Source: Gekko japonicus
Lineage: Eukaryota
NCBI RefSeq assembly: GCF_001447785.1
Contig: NW_015177016.1
Coordinates: 524,502-588,501 of the forward strand
Length of the DNA stretch: 64,000 bases
Reading direction: 5' to 3'
The notes below the pieces were generated by a model that saw nothing but the letters and a program-made list of their open reading frames with translations, was not told the origin of the DNA and did not search any database. A program made the position numbers and the translations under genes. Of this stretch, positions 1-12,874 are shown in pieces; within the stretch, counting starts at the first letter, position 1, and every line of letters starts with the position of its first letter.

Positions 1-560
1 GTGAGGCCAGCCGGAAGTGGATGTGTTTGCAACCAGTCAGAATCTGAAATGTTGCCTGTTCTACTCCAGGGCAGGGAGGGACCCTCTATCCCTGGGAGAC
101 AGGCTTCTTTACCCTTGGACCCACAGACACGTGTTACTTCTTTCGCCACTCCCTCTACTCGCCAAGGTGATCAACAAGATAATGAGGGAACAGCCTCAAT
201 GCATCTTTGTGACCCCATGCTGGCCCCACCAGCATTGGTACCCCTCTCTGCTCCACCTGTCCAAGGGCTCCTTCGTCCACTTTCCAGCGGCGCCATATCT
301 CCTCCTTGCGCAGAAGGGTCAGGTACTGCACAACGATGTACACCATCTCAAGCTCACAGCATGGAGGATCCTGTAGCATGGATTAGGAACAGGATAGACC
401 ACATTTTACTGAACTGTCGTAAGCCTTCTACGTGGGCTTCTTATGATGGGAAATGGAAGAAGTTCTTATCTTACCTCAGCTCCCTGGAGCTGCCTGCACC
501 TCCCTCAGACTTGGTCACAAGTTTTGGTTTCCAGTTGTCCCACTTGGATTCGGGATTTAG
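1..560 (+). mobile_element. DIRS (tyrosine-recombinase retrotransposon) fragment: methyltransferase-like C-terminus of the RT ORF plus N-terminus of the YR
   Basis: ORF 17-376 DVFATSQNLKC..F.S....TPCWPHQHWY..L...HLKLTAW is the typical DIRS1 MT-like tail. The overlapping frame LLNCRKPSTWASYDGKWKKF resembles the integrase N-terminal SAM-like region. Confidence 0.8.
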
Positions 561-986
561 TTGTGCATCTTTACCTCTGATGTCGGAACCAATGGAGCCC
601 TGTCGAAGGCTGGGAGCCCAATCCACTGTCCCAGGTTCCCACAACTCAGGTACAGGACCTCCGTCTTAGATGGATTTAACTTCAGTCGGCTCTGAAGCAA
701 CCATCCAGCCACAGTCTGTAACGCCTCCTCCAGCTCTCCAGGGGCCATATCTGGGTGGCCGTCCATCAGTAGATAGAGCTGGGCGTCACCAGTGTACTGG
801 TGACAACCAAGTCCATACTAAGGATAATCTGGGCGAGGGGGAGCATATAGATATTGAACAACATAGGGGAGAGGATTGCTCCCTGTGGCACACCACATTC
901 CAGTGGGTGTCGCTGGGATAACTCTCTCCCAAGCGTCCCGACCTAGGAGAAAGGAGGCTAGCCACTCCAAGGCAAGTCCTCATACC

Positions 987-2206
987 CAGGGCCGGCCCGC
1001 CCACTAGGCCCGCTGGGCGCCCCTTACCACCACCTTGCTTTTCCTCTGCCGCCTCCTCCTCTGCCGCTCCATCAGGAGTGGGGAGGAGGGGAGGGATTAA
1101 GCGCCCCCTCCCTGCCGTGCAGGTGGCTTGCAGGGTGGGGAGGAGGCGGGGGCGCTGCCTGAAGGGCCCAGCAGAAGGGCGGCTCAAAAGCAGGCCTCAG
1201 AGGTCGGTGACGGCGCCGGGAAGGACTCGGGGAGCCGCTGCCAGTCTGTGCAGACTGGCTTTGAAGAAGAAGAAGAAGAAGAAGAGATTGGATTTATATC
1301 CCGCCCTTCACTACCCAAAGGTGTCTCAGAGCGGCTTACAAACTCCTTTCCCTTCCCCTCCCCACAACAGACACCCTGTGAGGTGGGTGGGGCTGAGAGA
1401 ACTCTGACACAAACTGCTTTTTCAAGGACAGCTGTGCCAGAGCTTGTGACTGACCCAAGGCCACATCAGCAGTTGCAAGTGAAGGAGTGGGAAATCAAAC
1501 TCAGTTCTCCCAGATTAGAGTCCGCGCACTTAACCCCTACACCAAACTGGCTCTCACACCAAACTGGCTCTCTTTGCAGCCGCCCGGCCATCCTCCCTCG
1601 CTGACGTGCCACCACTCCACCCACCTTGCTCTCTGCCTTCTGGGCCCCCTTGGTGCCAGGTGGCACAGGGAAGAGAAGAGATCGGCACGTGTGGCTGCCG
1701 GGGCCTGCTGACCGGCCATCGGGGGAGGAGGGGATCCAGTCACGTGGAGTTCCCCAAGCTGCCCGGCCACCCTTCCCCATTGATGCACTACCCCTCCGCC
1801 TCGACCTCGGGCACCACAGGAAAGGGAAGGGAAGAGAGCGGCGTGCGTGGTTCCCCAGGCCTGGAGGAGGATCCAATCGTGCGGAGTTTCACCGGAAGGT
1901 GGAGTGGAGGAGAAACCCGGCGCTGCTCGGGGAGCACGCTCGCCCCACCTTCCAGCCTCTCCGGACCCAGGTAAGGACAGTCCCAGCGGCTCCCCACAAG
2001 CTGCCTGGATGGGTACTTGGGCCGGCCGCCAGCAGCAGAGGCACTGAACCCTCAGGCCAAGGGCCCGCCACCGGCTGCAGCAGATCAAAGACTTCCTTCT
2101 CTCCAGGCCCTGCCTGGAGGTTGGCAACCCCATAATTGGGCACTGCGGGGGCATGCCAGAAGGTAGCCTCGCCTAGAGCACAAAAAAAAACCTCGGGCTG
2201 GCCCTG
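987..2206. mobile_element. Non-autonomous hAT element (CAGGGCCGGCCC termini, Tip100-like), GC-rich
   Basis: TIR cagggccggccc / gggctggccctg; 8-bp TSD ctcatacc (979-986) / ctcgtacc (2207-2214). Confidence 0.85.
1263..1572 (-). mobile_element. tRNA-derived squamate SINE (Squam3-like) nested in the hAT element
   Basis: Minus-strand head GAGAGCCAGTTTGGTGTAG..GTTAAG..GTTTGATTTCCC (A/B-box-like) and (CTT)n tail; the 5'-most 17 nt or so are tandemly duplicated. Confidence 0.8.
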
Positions 2207-2274
2207 CTCGTACCCCAGTGTCGACGAGGCAGTGGCTTAACACATCATGGTCAACCATATCAAACGCTGCTGAC

Positions 2275-2733
2275 TGTCAGCAAGCTGCCATTTCCCGATC
2301 ATTCAATGTATATATGTTCCCTTCTGTTAAGACCCCCCCCCCATGCTTTGTGCGAACTGTTCCTTGTGTTATTCCTTGCTTATTATGTTAAGATGCTGGC
2401 GCATGCGTGAACTATGGTATGACTATGCTTGTTAGAGAAACGCTTACTTCCCAAGGACAGCAGGTGTGAGATAAGGAGTTTCTAGCTTTTGTTTTAATTA
2501 GCTGCTGATAATAAGGACCGTTGCTTTCTCATGGATTGAGCGCGTAAAACTGCTCTGGATGTCAGGGCGGGAATAATGATCATTGGTCAAAAGTGATTAT
2601 GATTTCCCTTTATTATGCTGGGGCTTTCGCATTATGTTATTCCAATCAGAGACCTGTTCAATGATCCATGGCTTCAATAAAGTAACCTTGTTAAATGCAA
2701 AGTGACTCCGTTGATTCCAAGTGAACCCTGACA
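2275..2733 (+). mobile_element. Solo LTR (459 bp)
   Basis: TGTCAG...CTGACA inverted termini, AATAAA near 2676, perfect 5-bp TSD ctgac (2270-2274 / 2734-2738); interrupts the L2 DLSAAFD motif. Confidence 0.85.
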
Positions 2734-3839
2734 CTGACAGATCAAGAAGTATCAGCAGCGCCGATCCGCCTCTATCCAGATGTCTCCAGAGGTCATCCAC
2801 CAGGGTGACCAACACCATCTCTGTCCCATGGGTGGGGCGGAATCCAAACTGGAAGGGATCCAGGACTTCAGTTTTATTTTCTACTCACAACCTTTTTGTT
2901 CTTTTATCTTTATTTCCTCTCTTCCTTCCCTCTGCTAATCTTGGGCGGGGTAATGGCTTTGGCTGGGCTCCAGAGGCAGGCAGTGGCCCGGCTCTGTGGG
3001 ACATGATCTGCCTTACCCTGTAACTGCTACCGGAGTCGAGCAGTGACCGTTGAGAGAATGCTAGCTGACTCCAGTTGACGGCAGAGACTGTATGTGAAGT
3101 CACAGCAACAAAAACAGCCTTGGAGAAAAAGCCGTGCTTATGATAGATGGTGAGATGCTGGCCTCTTTTTCAACCACACCTAAACCCCATTCTGAACGGA
3201 AGTGAGAGATGTAGCTTGTACAACAACAGTGGCAATGGTCTCATTTATAGCTGTGCCTAAGCCCCATTCTCCCTGGAGGTGAGAGGCACAGTTTTGCTGA
3301 CAGCAGTAGTCAACTGTGAGGGACGGCAAGAACTTCTATCGCACCCCCCTGCGTGGCTGTTATAAGCCTACAGAAGGCTCACATGAGTTGCTGCAATTTT
3401 GGCAGGAACTGGGGGCAGCTGGCACATAGAATGGTGGTGAGAATGTGATTAGCACTCCGTTTTCCCTCTGATGAGTTCCAGCCATTCCTTTCTGGAACCT
3501 CCTCTACTTGGGGTGGGAGCCCCAGGAAAGCTCCTTAGGTGCTCTATCCATAAAATATATTAAAAGGCAGGCAGCCTCAGCCCAGAACTATGTGTTTTGA
3601 TGGGATAGTGGTGAGTTTAGCTGCTTTCCAAGCAGTTGCCGTAGTTTAATTCCCTTGCAATGAAACTGGCTGCCACAAAGTGGCCCCTGTTCCTGCTCAT
3701 ACTCTACCTGAGCCTGCTTTGGCGGAGAGGGTGGGGGTACAAATTGAATGAATAAATAAATAAATACATTTCTTAGTATTTGAGCCCTACCCTGCTCCAA
3801 TTCCACTTAACCAAGTGTGCACCTGCTCTGCCTACCCTA

Positions 3840-4032
3840 GGAAGAGAATGTACAGAGTGTTTAACGTTCCTTTCAGGCTCATGACTTGAGCAGAGATGTG
3901 AAGGTCATCCTAGAGGCAAGGTGGCTGAATAGGCCAATAGAACAGAGGACGTTCTGGATTGAGACATTCAGATCCATCATAGCAGTGGTTAGCAAAGGGG
4001 ACTTCCTAGCCTTGGTGGATTTGTTGGAAGCA
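3840..4032 (+). mobile_element. Degraded DIRS RT N-terminal fragment
   Basis: VKVILEARWLNRPIEQRTFWIETFRSIIAVVSKGDFLALVDLLEA resembles DIRS RT RPILDLK.LN....F.METLRS....GD.L..LDL.EAY. Confidence 0.65.
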
Positions 4033-7000
4033 ATTAAGCTGATGCTGTCATCTACACCTAACGAAAAAACAATAGAAAGATACAAATGCCATTAAAAATA
4101 TTTTTCATAAATAAATTGCTGAATTTCCCCATCCATTTTCATATTACTAAGCAAATTTGTTATGGCATTCTGAATTCTTTTCCATAGATCTCATTTGAGC
4201 ACTTAATATTAAAATAGGATACAAATGTATTGTTAAGAAGTTACTGTTGGGAACTAATAGTCATGTAAAACTTGTACATGTCTCCTTTCTTCCATTTTCA
4301 GTTTGTAAGATTTCATGGGGGGAGGAATAAAGATTAGTTCTCCTAAGAAGCATAATCATGACAAATTTTCCTTTGACATAAAATTGTATAATGTCATAGA
4401 AGTTTGTTACATTGAAGAGAGTGGAACTGAAGTGCACAATTTAGGCAAGGCTAAAATCTGGCTGGATTGCACCCATTTCATTTAATATATTTTTTAATGT
4501 ATTAGTAAAGTATTTCTGTCACAATATCTGAAATAAATATATGTTACTGTGAGGAAAACAATGCTGTCTGTTTAGTACTTGGATAAATTTTAAACAAAGA
4601 AATATTCTCTTAACGGTTACATGGATGTAATATCATAGAACTGTAAGTGTGTTTCTAGTGGGATTGTGACATTTTTAAAAGATTACAAAAGCATTAAGCT
4701 TGCTACATGTAATCTTATAGTAGGGGGTAAGATGACAGTAGCTAAGTTACTGAAATGTCAATTGAGCTGAACAAATTTCAAAGCTGGTAGCATGCCTGAA
4801 TTCCTTACTGTTGCTTCAAATCGCTTATTAATCCCATAATGTGAAGCACGACAGTGGAATCCATTATTGACCCCTACTATATTTAAAAGATGGTTTATTT
4901 AGAATCTCATTATTTCTGAATATACTGGTCTGAGAAAAGCTGGCAATTACAGCTATTTTGATATTTGTAGTTGAAATATCTATATTTAGGAATATATCTT
5001 TATTTTGATATTGTATGCTTTATACAGTTGAGTCTTGCAAAAACTAGGAAGTTTCTTGTCTGTAATTTGATTCCTTATATATAAGTTTTTAAAAGGTAAT
5101 TTTAATGTTTTCATTTTTTTGTAAAGAATATTTCCAATTAGGGTACACTAATTATTTTCATCTCAAAGCTTCCTTTGCACACCTGGGTGTTCTTCCTAAG
5201 GGTGAAAAGAACATTTAACTCACCATGCCCCCTAATTATTGCATTCTCCTCCCAAGTATAAAAGATGAAAGTGATTTACTCTTCAATCCGATTTTTCTTG
5301 AGCGGTCAGAGGTCAGTCTGAGATTTATATATTGGAGTACTCTCTTTAATAAAAAAATATAACAAAGAAGTTGAGAGGGAATTATTAACTTGGTTTTTCC
5401 TAGGAACATATATTAGTGTGTAAAGGAAACCGTAGAGAGCTATGAAAGCCAAAAGAAGAAGGACTTCTACAAGGTCTCCTGAAGAGGGTTCTTAAGGCTC
5501 GTACAGTATTGTTTGACAAGAAAATTGTTACATGACTTTTTACATTACTCTATTCAACACACGTCTGCTGTCTCCAGAGTAGAACTTAATTAGGTGCTCC
5601 TTGCTGAGATACTATTAAGTTGTGGGGCATTTTGTATATCTTCATTATTATAAGTCTTGGTTGACTTTAAAAATCTATTTCTTTAACAAAATAGCCAATT
5701 AAAATAACATTTTGTGCAAGTTGAGTTATCTGTGAGAAAATAACATTTATTTAAATTTGTGGCTTGATATATTGGCCCCTCCAAATTCACATGCTTGGTT
5801 TGCATATATTGCTGTTTCTCACAGTAGCCTAGATGTGAACATATCATCTTCAGTCATAATGGTTTAACATGGAGCAGACATTTTTTTAAACAAACGTGGA
5901 ATTAAAAAATATATTCATTAAAGTATTTCAGTTTTGTATATACGTAAGTAAATTCTGATTTTTTTAAAAAAAGCCTTGCATATTTACTATTGTGAGTCAT
6001 CTCAGTGTTGCCTACCCTATTAGGAAAAATTCATAAAGCATAAAAGATATATAAACTAAATTATTGAGGGCAGATATTTTATCGCTTCTCAAGGTCATAA
6101 AACGAAAATTAAAACTGCTAACCATTGAGCCACAAATTAATACATCCTAGGACACAATCCATGTCACTAGCTAAAGACATATCCAACAGCCTTTCACATA
6201 TGTACATCCTACTGCCATTTGGGATTCACCATGCTATTCCTCGACAGGCAAAGCAGGGTTGGAGTGCTGGCCAGCACAGGAAAGTAACATATATGCCACC
6301 TATAGCTGCCAGTTTCTTTTTCATATTTTTCTTATTAGGAGAAGTTGGGTTGTATGTTCATTTTGTTAACAAGTGACGTAATCCATCCTCTCTTGTGCAC
6401 TTCTGTACATGTGGCTGGTCAACCCCCACAGGGAACATTAAGCTCTTCCCTCCTGATGAAGCCTCTGCTGACTGTGCATTGTGCCACGTGTACTGGGTTG
6501 TATTCAATTATCATTATTTGCTGGTGTTGGAGAACTTCTGCTGGTGGAGTGGGCAGATTTTACTTGATCCCCCCCATCCTTCTGCAGACCCATACATTAT
6601 GCCCAGCTTTGTTCCTGGGGCAGCATTTCAGGGAGGTGAAGCAGGAATGGCAAAGCAGAAAAGTTCTGTTCCTTAAGAAGAGCTCCATTCATGGTTGGTT
6701 GAATACATCCCAATATCAATAAAACTTTTTATATTGATGAATACAGCCACTCTAGAATATTTCAAGAGATACATCACATTATATTTTCCAAGCACCAATT
6801 AGTAGCAGTTTATAAAAATAAGCTAATATAAGCCAATGAGCACAATTGAGACTATAGTTGCCTTGGCACATATTTTGGCTACTATGGCACATAATTTTGA
6901 ATTAATGCTTACAGTATGCACAACCTTGCCTATATCTGATGAAATGCATAATCATGCATTTATGTGTCCAGGTCTTAATTACCTCTTCTGTAAAACAGCT

Positions 7001-8481
7001 AGGATATGCTAACATTCAGGGATATCCACTGTGTTTAATTTCTAGCTAGTTTAGATCATACATGTCCTAAAATGAGCATATCTGTGCTGCAGAAAAAGAA
7101 AGTTTGTCTTTATCAGGATATCCTAAACTGTAAATGTTGGTCTGCACATGAATGACCATCTTACATGAACATAATAGCTATGATAGTAAGCTATTAAGGA
7201 ATGACATGGTTAATAATACTGGCTTCGGGATTATTTCTTGTAATTCTTAACACACGAATTGGTGGTTCGTAATTTTCTCCATGATCTCAGGATATAGGAT
7301 TTTAGTGTGTTTGAATATTTAGTGCTTTGTCTGTAGGCAGCATAAGTAAATGTTGTAACATCTAAATCTAGTTTACATCTACACAGAAGAAAGTATTCAC
7401 TTTTTAAAATGAACAGTAGCCAAATAAATTATGCTGTTTTATGTTGTTTGTTCAAAAATATAGAATTTGTATTCGTATTAAGGTTGATATTTTGGTTCCC
7501 CAACTGGTCTCCATATCACAAATGTTCTGTGGCATTTATTTCCATTTTAAGTTATATTAGGGTTCCTGAATTATAACAAAGGATTCTGGAAGACTTGATC
7601 ATTCACATTTCTCACACAAATAGCATTCTTAGAAACCATGTCCAGTGGTTCTTATTTTACTTTTCTGTTTGAATAATATTGCTTTCAAACTAGCCTACAC
7701 CTTCAGAAGTTCTGTCATGTGGCAGAGTGGCAGCTGTTTAGCACCCTTGGGCTTGAGGAATTAGTTGAGCAGTTCTTAAAATGCTGTCCGATGTTTTCTT
7801 TGAGTTGAATAAAGCTTATAGAGTGTTTTGTGATTAATGGCTCTTTTAAAAGAGATTTATTTACTCTCTGTATGGGTTTCTGTAGTTTATAGAAATGGCT
7901 ATAAAGAATAGTATATGCAGAATTTGTGTATGCCTTCTGTGGTTATATAGAGGACATTCCCTTTTATAAGGTTCCTATGACTTTGACATGAAGAAGTAAT
8001 GAATATGTACACATATATACCTAGGATTAAAACTAATAAAATATATTGTTTTCCATATCTATGTCAATTTAAAAAAAATAAGTTGTAGCAGAGGAGCTTA
8101 AATATTAACATAAACTGAAATTGAGAATGGTTGCATGTTTGGTTTCATTTGCATTTTTTTTCTTTAAAGATATTTTCATATCATTATGTTTTAACAAAAC
8201 TAAAGGGAATTGAAAATCAGACCAGTGTTTTTTTTAGAAAAATATGTTAAACACTTTGATAATGGTTTGTATCCATGTGGTTTCCCCTGACACATTGACA
8301 GTTCTTTATGATTCTGTCAGCTTCAATCAGCAGAGAGTCCATGTGATCAGTATATCTGATAAACTTGTCAATGCCTGTTTAAAGCAGGATTCCCCAACCT
8401 ATTCTATTCAGCCCCCTCCCTTCTTTATCATTTCAAGTATAATCTTGATAAGACAGAGATATGTCATGGGCAGCTGTGTAT

Positions 8482-8621
8482 NNNNNNNNNNNNNNNNNNN
8501 NNNNNNNNNNNNNNNNNNNNNNNNNNNNNNNNNNNNNNNNNNNNNNNNNNNNNNNNNNNNNNNNNNNNNNNNNNNNNNNNNNNNNNNNNNNNNNNNNNNN
8601 NNNNNNNNNNNNNNNNNNNNN
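8482..8621. other. Assembly gap (140 N)
   Basis: Run of n characters. Confidence 0.99.
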
Positions 8622-10870
8622 CATGCAATTCCCTTCGCTAATGGTTGTGTGAGGTAGCACTAGGCCTCAGGGGTCATGAAAGAACTGGAAATACCTTACT
8701 GCCAGGCACAGCAATAGAGAGACAGTGCACATAGGAAATGAAGTGGCAATAAGTGCAATCCATAGGGGAAATGTGCTTCACTTGGAGTTTAATATATCAG
8801 CTCAGAGTCTGGCAGTAATCCATGCAACAATTGTTTACCTTTTCGTAAGCATCCGCATCTGTTCTGTTTTGTAAACTGCACTGAAATCTCAGTCAGTAAA
8901 TGCTGGAATCAGTAACAACTGCTAAGGGGTTTCCTTTCTCTATATTTTTGTATTTTATAACAAATGCAATCTATAAATGTTTGCCTTAGATTAACAAGGA
9001 GCAGACGTTGACAAGGTCAAAGAGATTTGCTTACAAACATTTTTATAGCTTTTTTGATGTGTAGTAATTATATGTGGGATTTAAATTTATCCTGTTATCT
9101 AGACAAATATAACTGTTTAGAAATGCTAGTGTATAATACCGAAGCAGATTTTAAAGTAATTCTTTTAAGTCATGTATAGAAAACTGCTTCTAATTATTTA
9201 GGTTGGGACAGTACTGTATCCTTGGTGCAGAAACATCAAACTGCTTTTTGGAGATTTATAGTGCAATCCTGAATAGAAGTATACCCTGCTAAAGCAATTG
9301 AAGTCAATGGGCTTAGAAGGGCACAATTGTGTTTAGGATAGCATTGGTAGGGCGATAATCCCTGCAATCCTCACAAAGGCTGCTTAAGTCCCAGTGAAGT
9401 AATTTGTTGTTCAGTAAAACAAATAAATTAAACCTACAGTTCTCATACAGTTAAGCTGTGCTACTATAATATGAAGGAGGACTTGACTAGTTTATATAAT
9501 ATTATCATTGTGTTACAGAAAACGTGGAGGAATAATAATTTTTAAAATTTTATTAGAGAGCCTGTAGATGATGGCTGATATAAATGAAAGATGGTTATAG
9601 TTTCACTAAAATGTTAGTATCGAGAGTATATAAGCACATTATTGTTGCTATTTTTATTGTTATTATTAGGATTTGTAACTTCTGAATTGCCTTGAACGTT
9701 TGTTTGTTAAATCTCATTGAGCATAGAGGATAGTAAGTGATTACTCATAATATTTTTTGCCAAATATTAGTTACCAAAATAGTTTGCCAAAAATAGAGAG
9801 GAGTATGATTATTTAAATGTAATATATAGTTGAATTTTGGATAATTTTTGGCTAGGATATGGGAGAGAACCATGTGTGTGGCTAGAAGAAGTTTTATCTT
9901 TTCACTGTCGCAATTGCTGAACAGGCAATCGGTTTTTTAAGTTACAAAGCTGGTTTTCTGTTTGGCAGTGGAGCCTACTTCAGAGAGAGGTGAAAAAAGA
10001 GCTCCTGCTGTGTTGTGCAGGTCTATCCTGTGCATGCAGATATCTTCTTTAGATCTTTATCTTCAGCCTTGTTACTCCCCTCCCCATACATTCGTGATAT
10101 TATTTATTTTCTTGGTATTAGTAATGTTTTGGCAATTTAGTATATTCAGTATGAAAAATTATTAATTATCTTAAATGTTTTTCATTTTTATCTTGTAATT
10201 TTATAATGGTAGGCAGCTACTCCAATTTATAATTTCTATCAAACTTTTATCAATTCATCCTTAATCTTGCTAGCAGTGACCTACACATGACTAACAAAAT
10301 GACTGCAGAAATCAGTAATAATGCATCATAATCAGTAATAATGCATCATGCTTTCTCATGCTGGTCTAGTCTTAATACAGTTGGATAGGACTTCTCTCTC
10401 AACAGCTAACAGAATTATCAGACGATCCCTTTGTCCTGTCAGAGTTACCGCAAAAGCGCTCCTTCACTGTTTCAATAGTGCATGTAGTAGGCATGCTTTT
10501 GTAGTTTCATTGAGGGCTGGACATTGAATGTTCAAAATTGTGTTTAGCTCTTGTAGGGTGGGCTGAGTTCCTGCATATATATCTCCTGATTTTATCATTA
10601 AATGATATAACTTGCAGTCTTGAAAGTTCTTTAGTTTGATTCTGTCTTATGCCTGCTAAAAGCCTAACCTTTATTCATGGCAGGTCAAAGAGCCTCACCA
10701 CTCAAAAAAGTAACATCGGTGGTAAATATTAGGTTACGATACAATTTTAGATTTTTTCCTAGTGCCAATTACAATTTGAAGCTCCGATTAGGTAACAGAG
10801 TATCAATTTAATGTGTATGTTACTAGTGAAAACCTGCTGATATAATTGTACACTCAATAAATGTTATTTA

Positions 10871-11033
10871 CAGTAAAACAAAGTTTGAGTCCAGTGGTAC
10901 CTTTAAGGCCAACAAAGTTTAATTCTGGGTATAAACTTTCATGTGTATGTACAACTTTGTTGGTTTTAAAGGTGCCACTGGGCTCAAAATTTGTTCTATT
11001 GTTTCGGACCAAAATGGCTGCCCACCCGAATCT
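10871..11033. mobile_element. Penelope-like palindromic (inverted pLTR) remnant
   Basis: Inverted arms gagtccagtggtacctttaaggccaacaaagtt / aactttgttggttttaaaggtgccactgggctc; same family as 11899-12410 and 47205-47608. Confidence 0.7.
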
Positions 11034-11898
11034 ATGTTATTTACAGTGTTTCACTTCCATTTTTACAATGAAAGGATTTCTTTTCAGAATCTCTGTTTTC
11101 TCTATCTGTAACTTTCTAAATGTTACCTATTACATTCTGAATTAACTGGACTTTGTTATAAGATAAAACCTTGCATAAAACTGTTATTAATTTTGGTATG
11201 TTTCTTCATAGTTGCAAGTGCCCTTCAGTAACTCAGAAAAAATACATGCTTCTGGAAATTCAGTTCTGGTCTGAGAAATGAATAGGTTATAATTTTATTC
11301 ACTGGAATCAGAAAGCCATATTTTTCAACAAAATACTTATGATTTTGGATGTGTAACAGATTTAGTTTGAACTGATAACATAGGATAAGTGCTACTAAAT
11401 GTTTTATGTGTCTGGTTCTTGTCAGTGCTTAAAATAATGTTTAGACAATATACAATACTTTTTCTTAGCCTTGAATTTTCAAAAGGAGGGAATCGTTTGG
11501 GATACATGACTTTTTGAATGAGGAAGTGGGATGAAATAGCAGCATTAGTAGCATGAAATGCCTGCATTCCTTTTTTAAAATATTGGCATAATCCATTAGT
11601 TCATTTCCTGTTTCCTTAAGGAAATCTATAATTTTTCTTGTGGTAGGGGATGTGAGAAATGTCACATCCTGTATCACAGTGTATGCAAAGAAGGAGAATG
11701 AACCTACCCTGAGCCATGGCCGAGATTGTCAAATATATAACTGATTGGGTAATGTATAATGAAACTGTCCAACTGCCTTGAAAACTGTGGTTCTGATCTC
11801 CAGCAATTTTCACTGAGAAGACAGAATCATATATCGAATTCCCAACTTTTCCCCCACCTCATGGATCAAAAAAATCTGTGCAAGGACACTTGGAAATT

Positions 11899-12410
11899 AG
11901 TTCTAGAGAGGTAGCTGTATTACTTACTTGTAGCAAAATAACAGAAGTCCATTAACATCTTAAAGACTAACAAAATTTATTTCAGCCTGAGCTTTCATGA
12001 GTTAGAATTGACTTCTTCAAATACATAGAGGTATACATGCATTGGGCTTGGTTCAATAACCAACAGAAGGGGGGATGAAATGTTACAAAGGGGCTGGTGT
12101 AAAACAAGATCCAAACAAAAGCAACTTTTTAAATCTAGAGTAGATATGAAACATTCCCAGCCAACAACAGCAGATAAGAATAATAATCAAATCTAATGGA
12201 GGATGAAATGAGATAGTGGAACAAATCAACAACTATAAGGGGAGGGGTATGCAACCTATTAGCACCTGTAGTGAGTCCATCAGATCCCTAGAGGGAACAT
12301 TTTCTTGAATTTGTGAATTGCTCCTAATTCAGTACTCATTGTTTGGATCTTACCTGTGAAGTTCTTTTGAAAAACAATAACCTTTAAATAAGCCATAGTA
12401 TGTCTTAGTA
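11899..12410 (-). mobile_element. Degraded Penelope-like element 3' region/pLTR
   Basis: Shares the taaagactaacaaaat..gagctttcatgag..acttcttca pLTR motif; decayed hammerhead-like core on the - strand (TTGAAGAAG...GAAAGCTC). Confidence 0.55.
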
Positions 12411-12874
12411 GATGTTGAAAGTCGGTAGATGTTTCTACAAAAGAAAGATGTTTTTGCAGACAAAAATGGGTTTAAAAACCCTGAAAAATGAATGCGGAAC
12501 AAGATTATATAAGATTACATTGCAAGAATTTTCTTCACCTTTTTAAGTTTCCAGGCAGCATATAACAGCAGCCCCTGAAGTAAGAAGGGTGGACACATGA
12601 AGTACCCACTGCAGGAACAATTGTGGTGGCCAGAAGCTCTGCCAAGAAAGGCAGGGAGGCTACCCAAAGTACCCAATCAGAGTGCTCCATGCCTCTGTAA
12701 GAGGGAGGACAGGAGGACCAATGGGGGTGGGGAAGAGATTTCCCCTCCCTCATGATCAAAGAATCATAAGAATTGGAAGGGGCCATACAGGCCATCTTGT
12801 CACAACACCCTGCTCAATGCAGGATCAGCCTAGAACACCCCTAACAAGTGTCCATCCAGCCACTGCTTGGATCT

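Larger units (their letters stand above)
560..2868 (-). mobile_element. L2-type LINE RT fragment split in three (about 560-986, 2207-2274, 2734-2868) by two nested insertions
   Basis: Minus-strand peptides LDPFQFGFRPTHGTEMVLVTLVDDLWRHLDRGGSALLILLDLS|AAFDMVDH, ECGVPQGAILSP, WLLQSRLKLNPSKTEVL. The reading resumes exactly across the insertion TSDs. Confidence 0.88.

Noticed and set aside
17-376. Adenine-methyltransferase-like ORF as a horizontally acquired bacterial or phage gene
   Set aside because: It is the standard MT-like domain of DIRS1 elements and is followed by a YR N-terminus.
1078-2154. Several overlapping 100-200 aa ORFs on both strands
   Set aside because: They fall in a GC-rich hAT element and a SINE; low stop frequency explains them and there are no domain motifs.
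2870-3600. Moderately GC-rich unclassified stretch next to the L2 fragment
   Set aside because: I could not identify termini, a TSD or protein motifs; probably an old repeat, but not supportable from sequence alone.
8244-8660. ORFs spanning the N run
   Set aside because: Artefacts of the assembly gap.
10310-10349. Perfect 20-bp tandem duplication (aatcagtaataatgcatcat x2); similar short reiteration at about 35887-35940
   Set aside because: Ordinary slippage-type duplications with no further structure.
11337-11813. Three short minus-strand ORFs suggesting a nested antisense gene
   Set aside because: Different frames, no recognisable motif and no convincing splice framework; compatible with chance.
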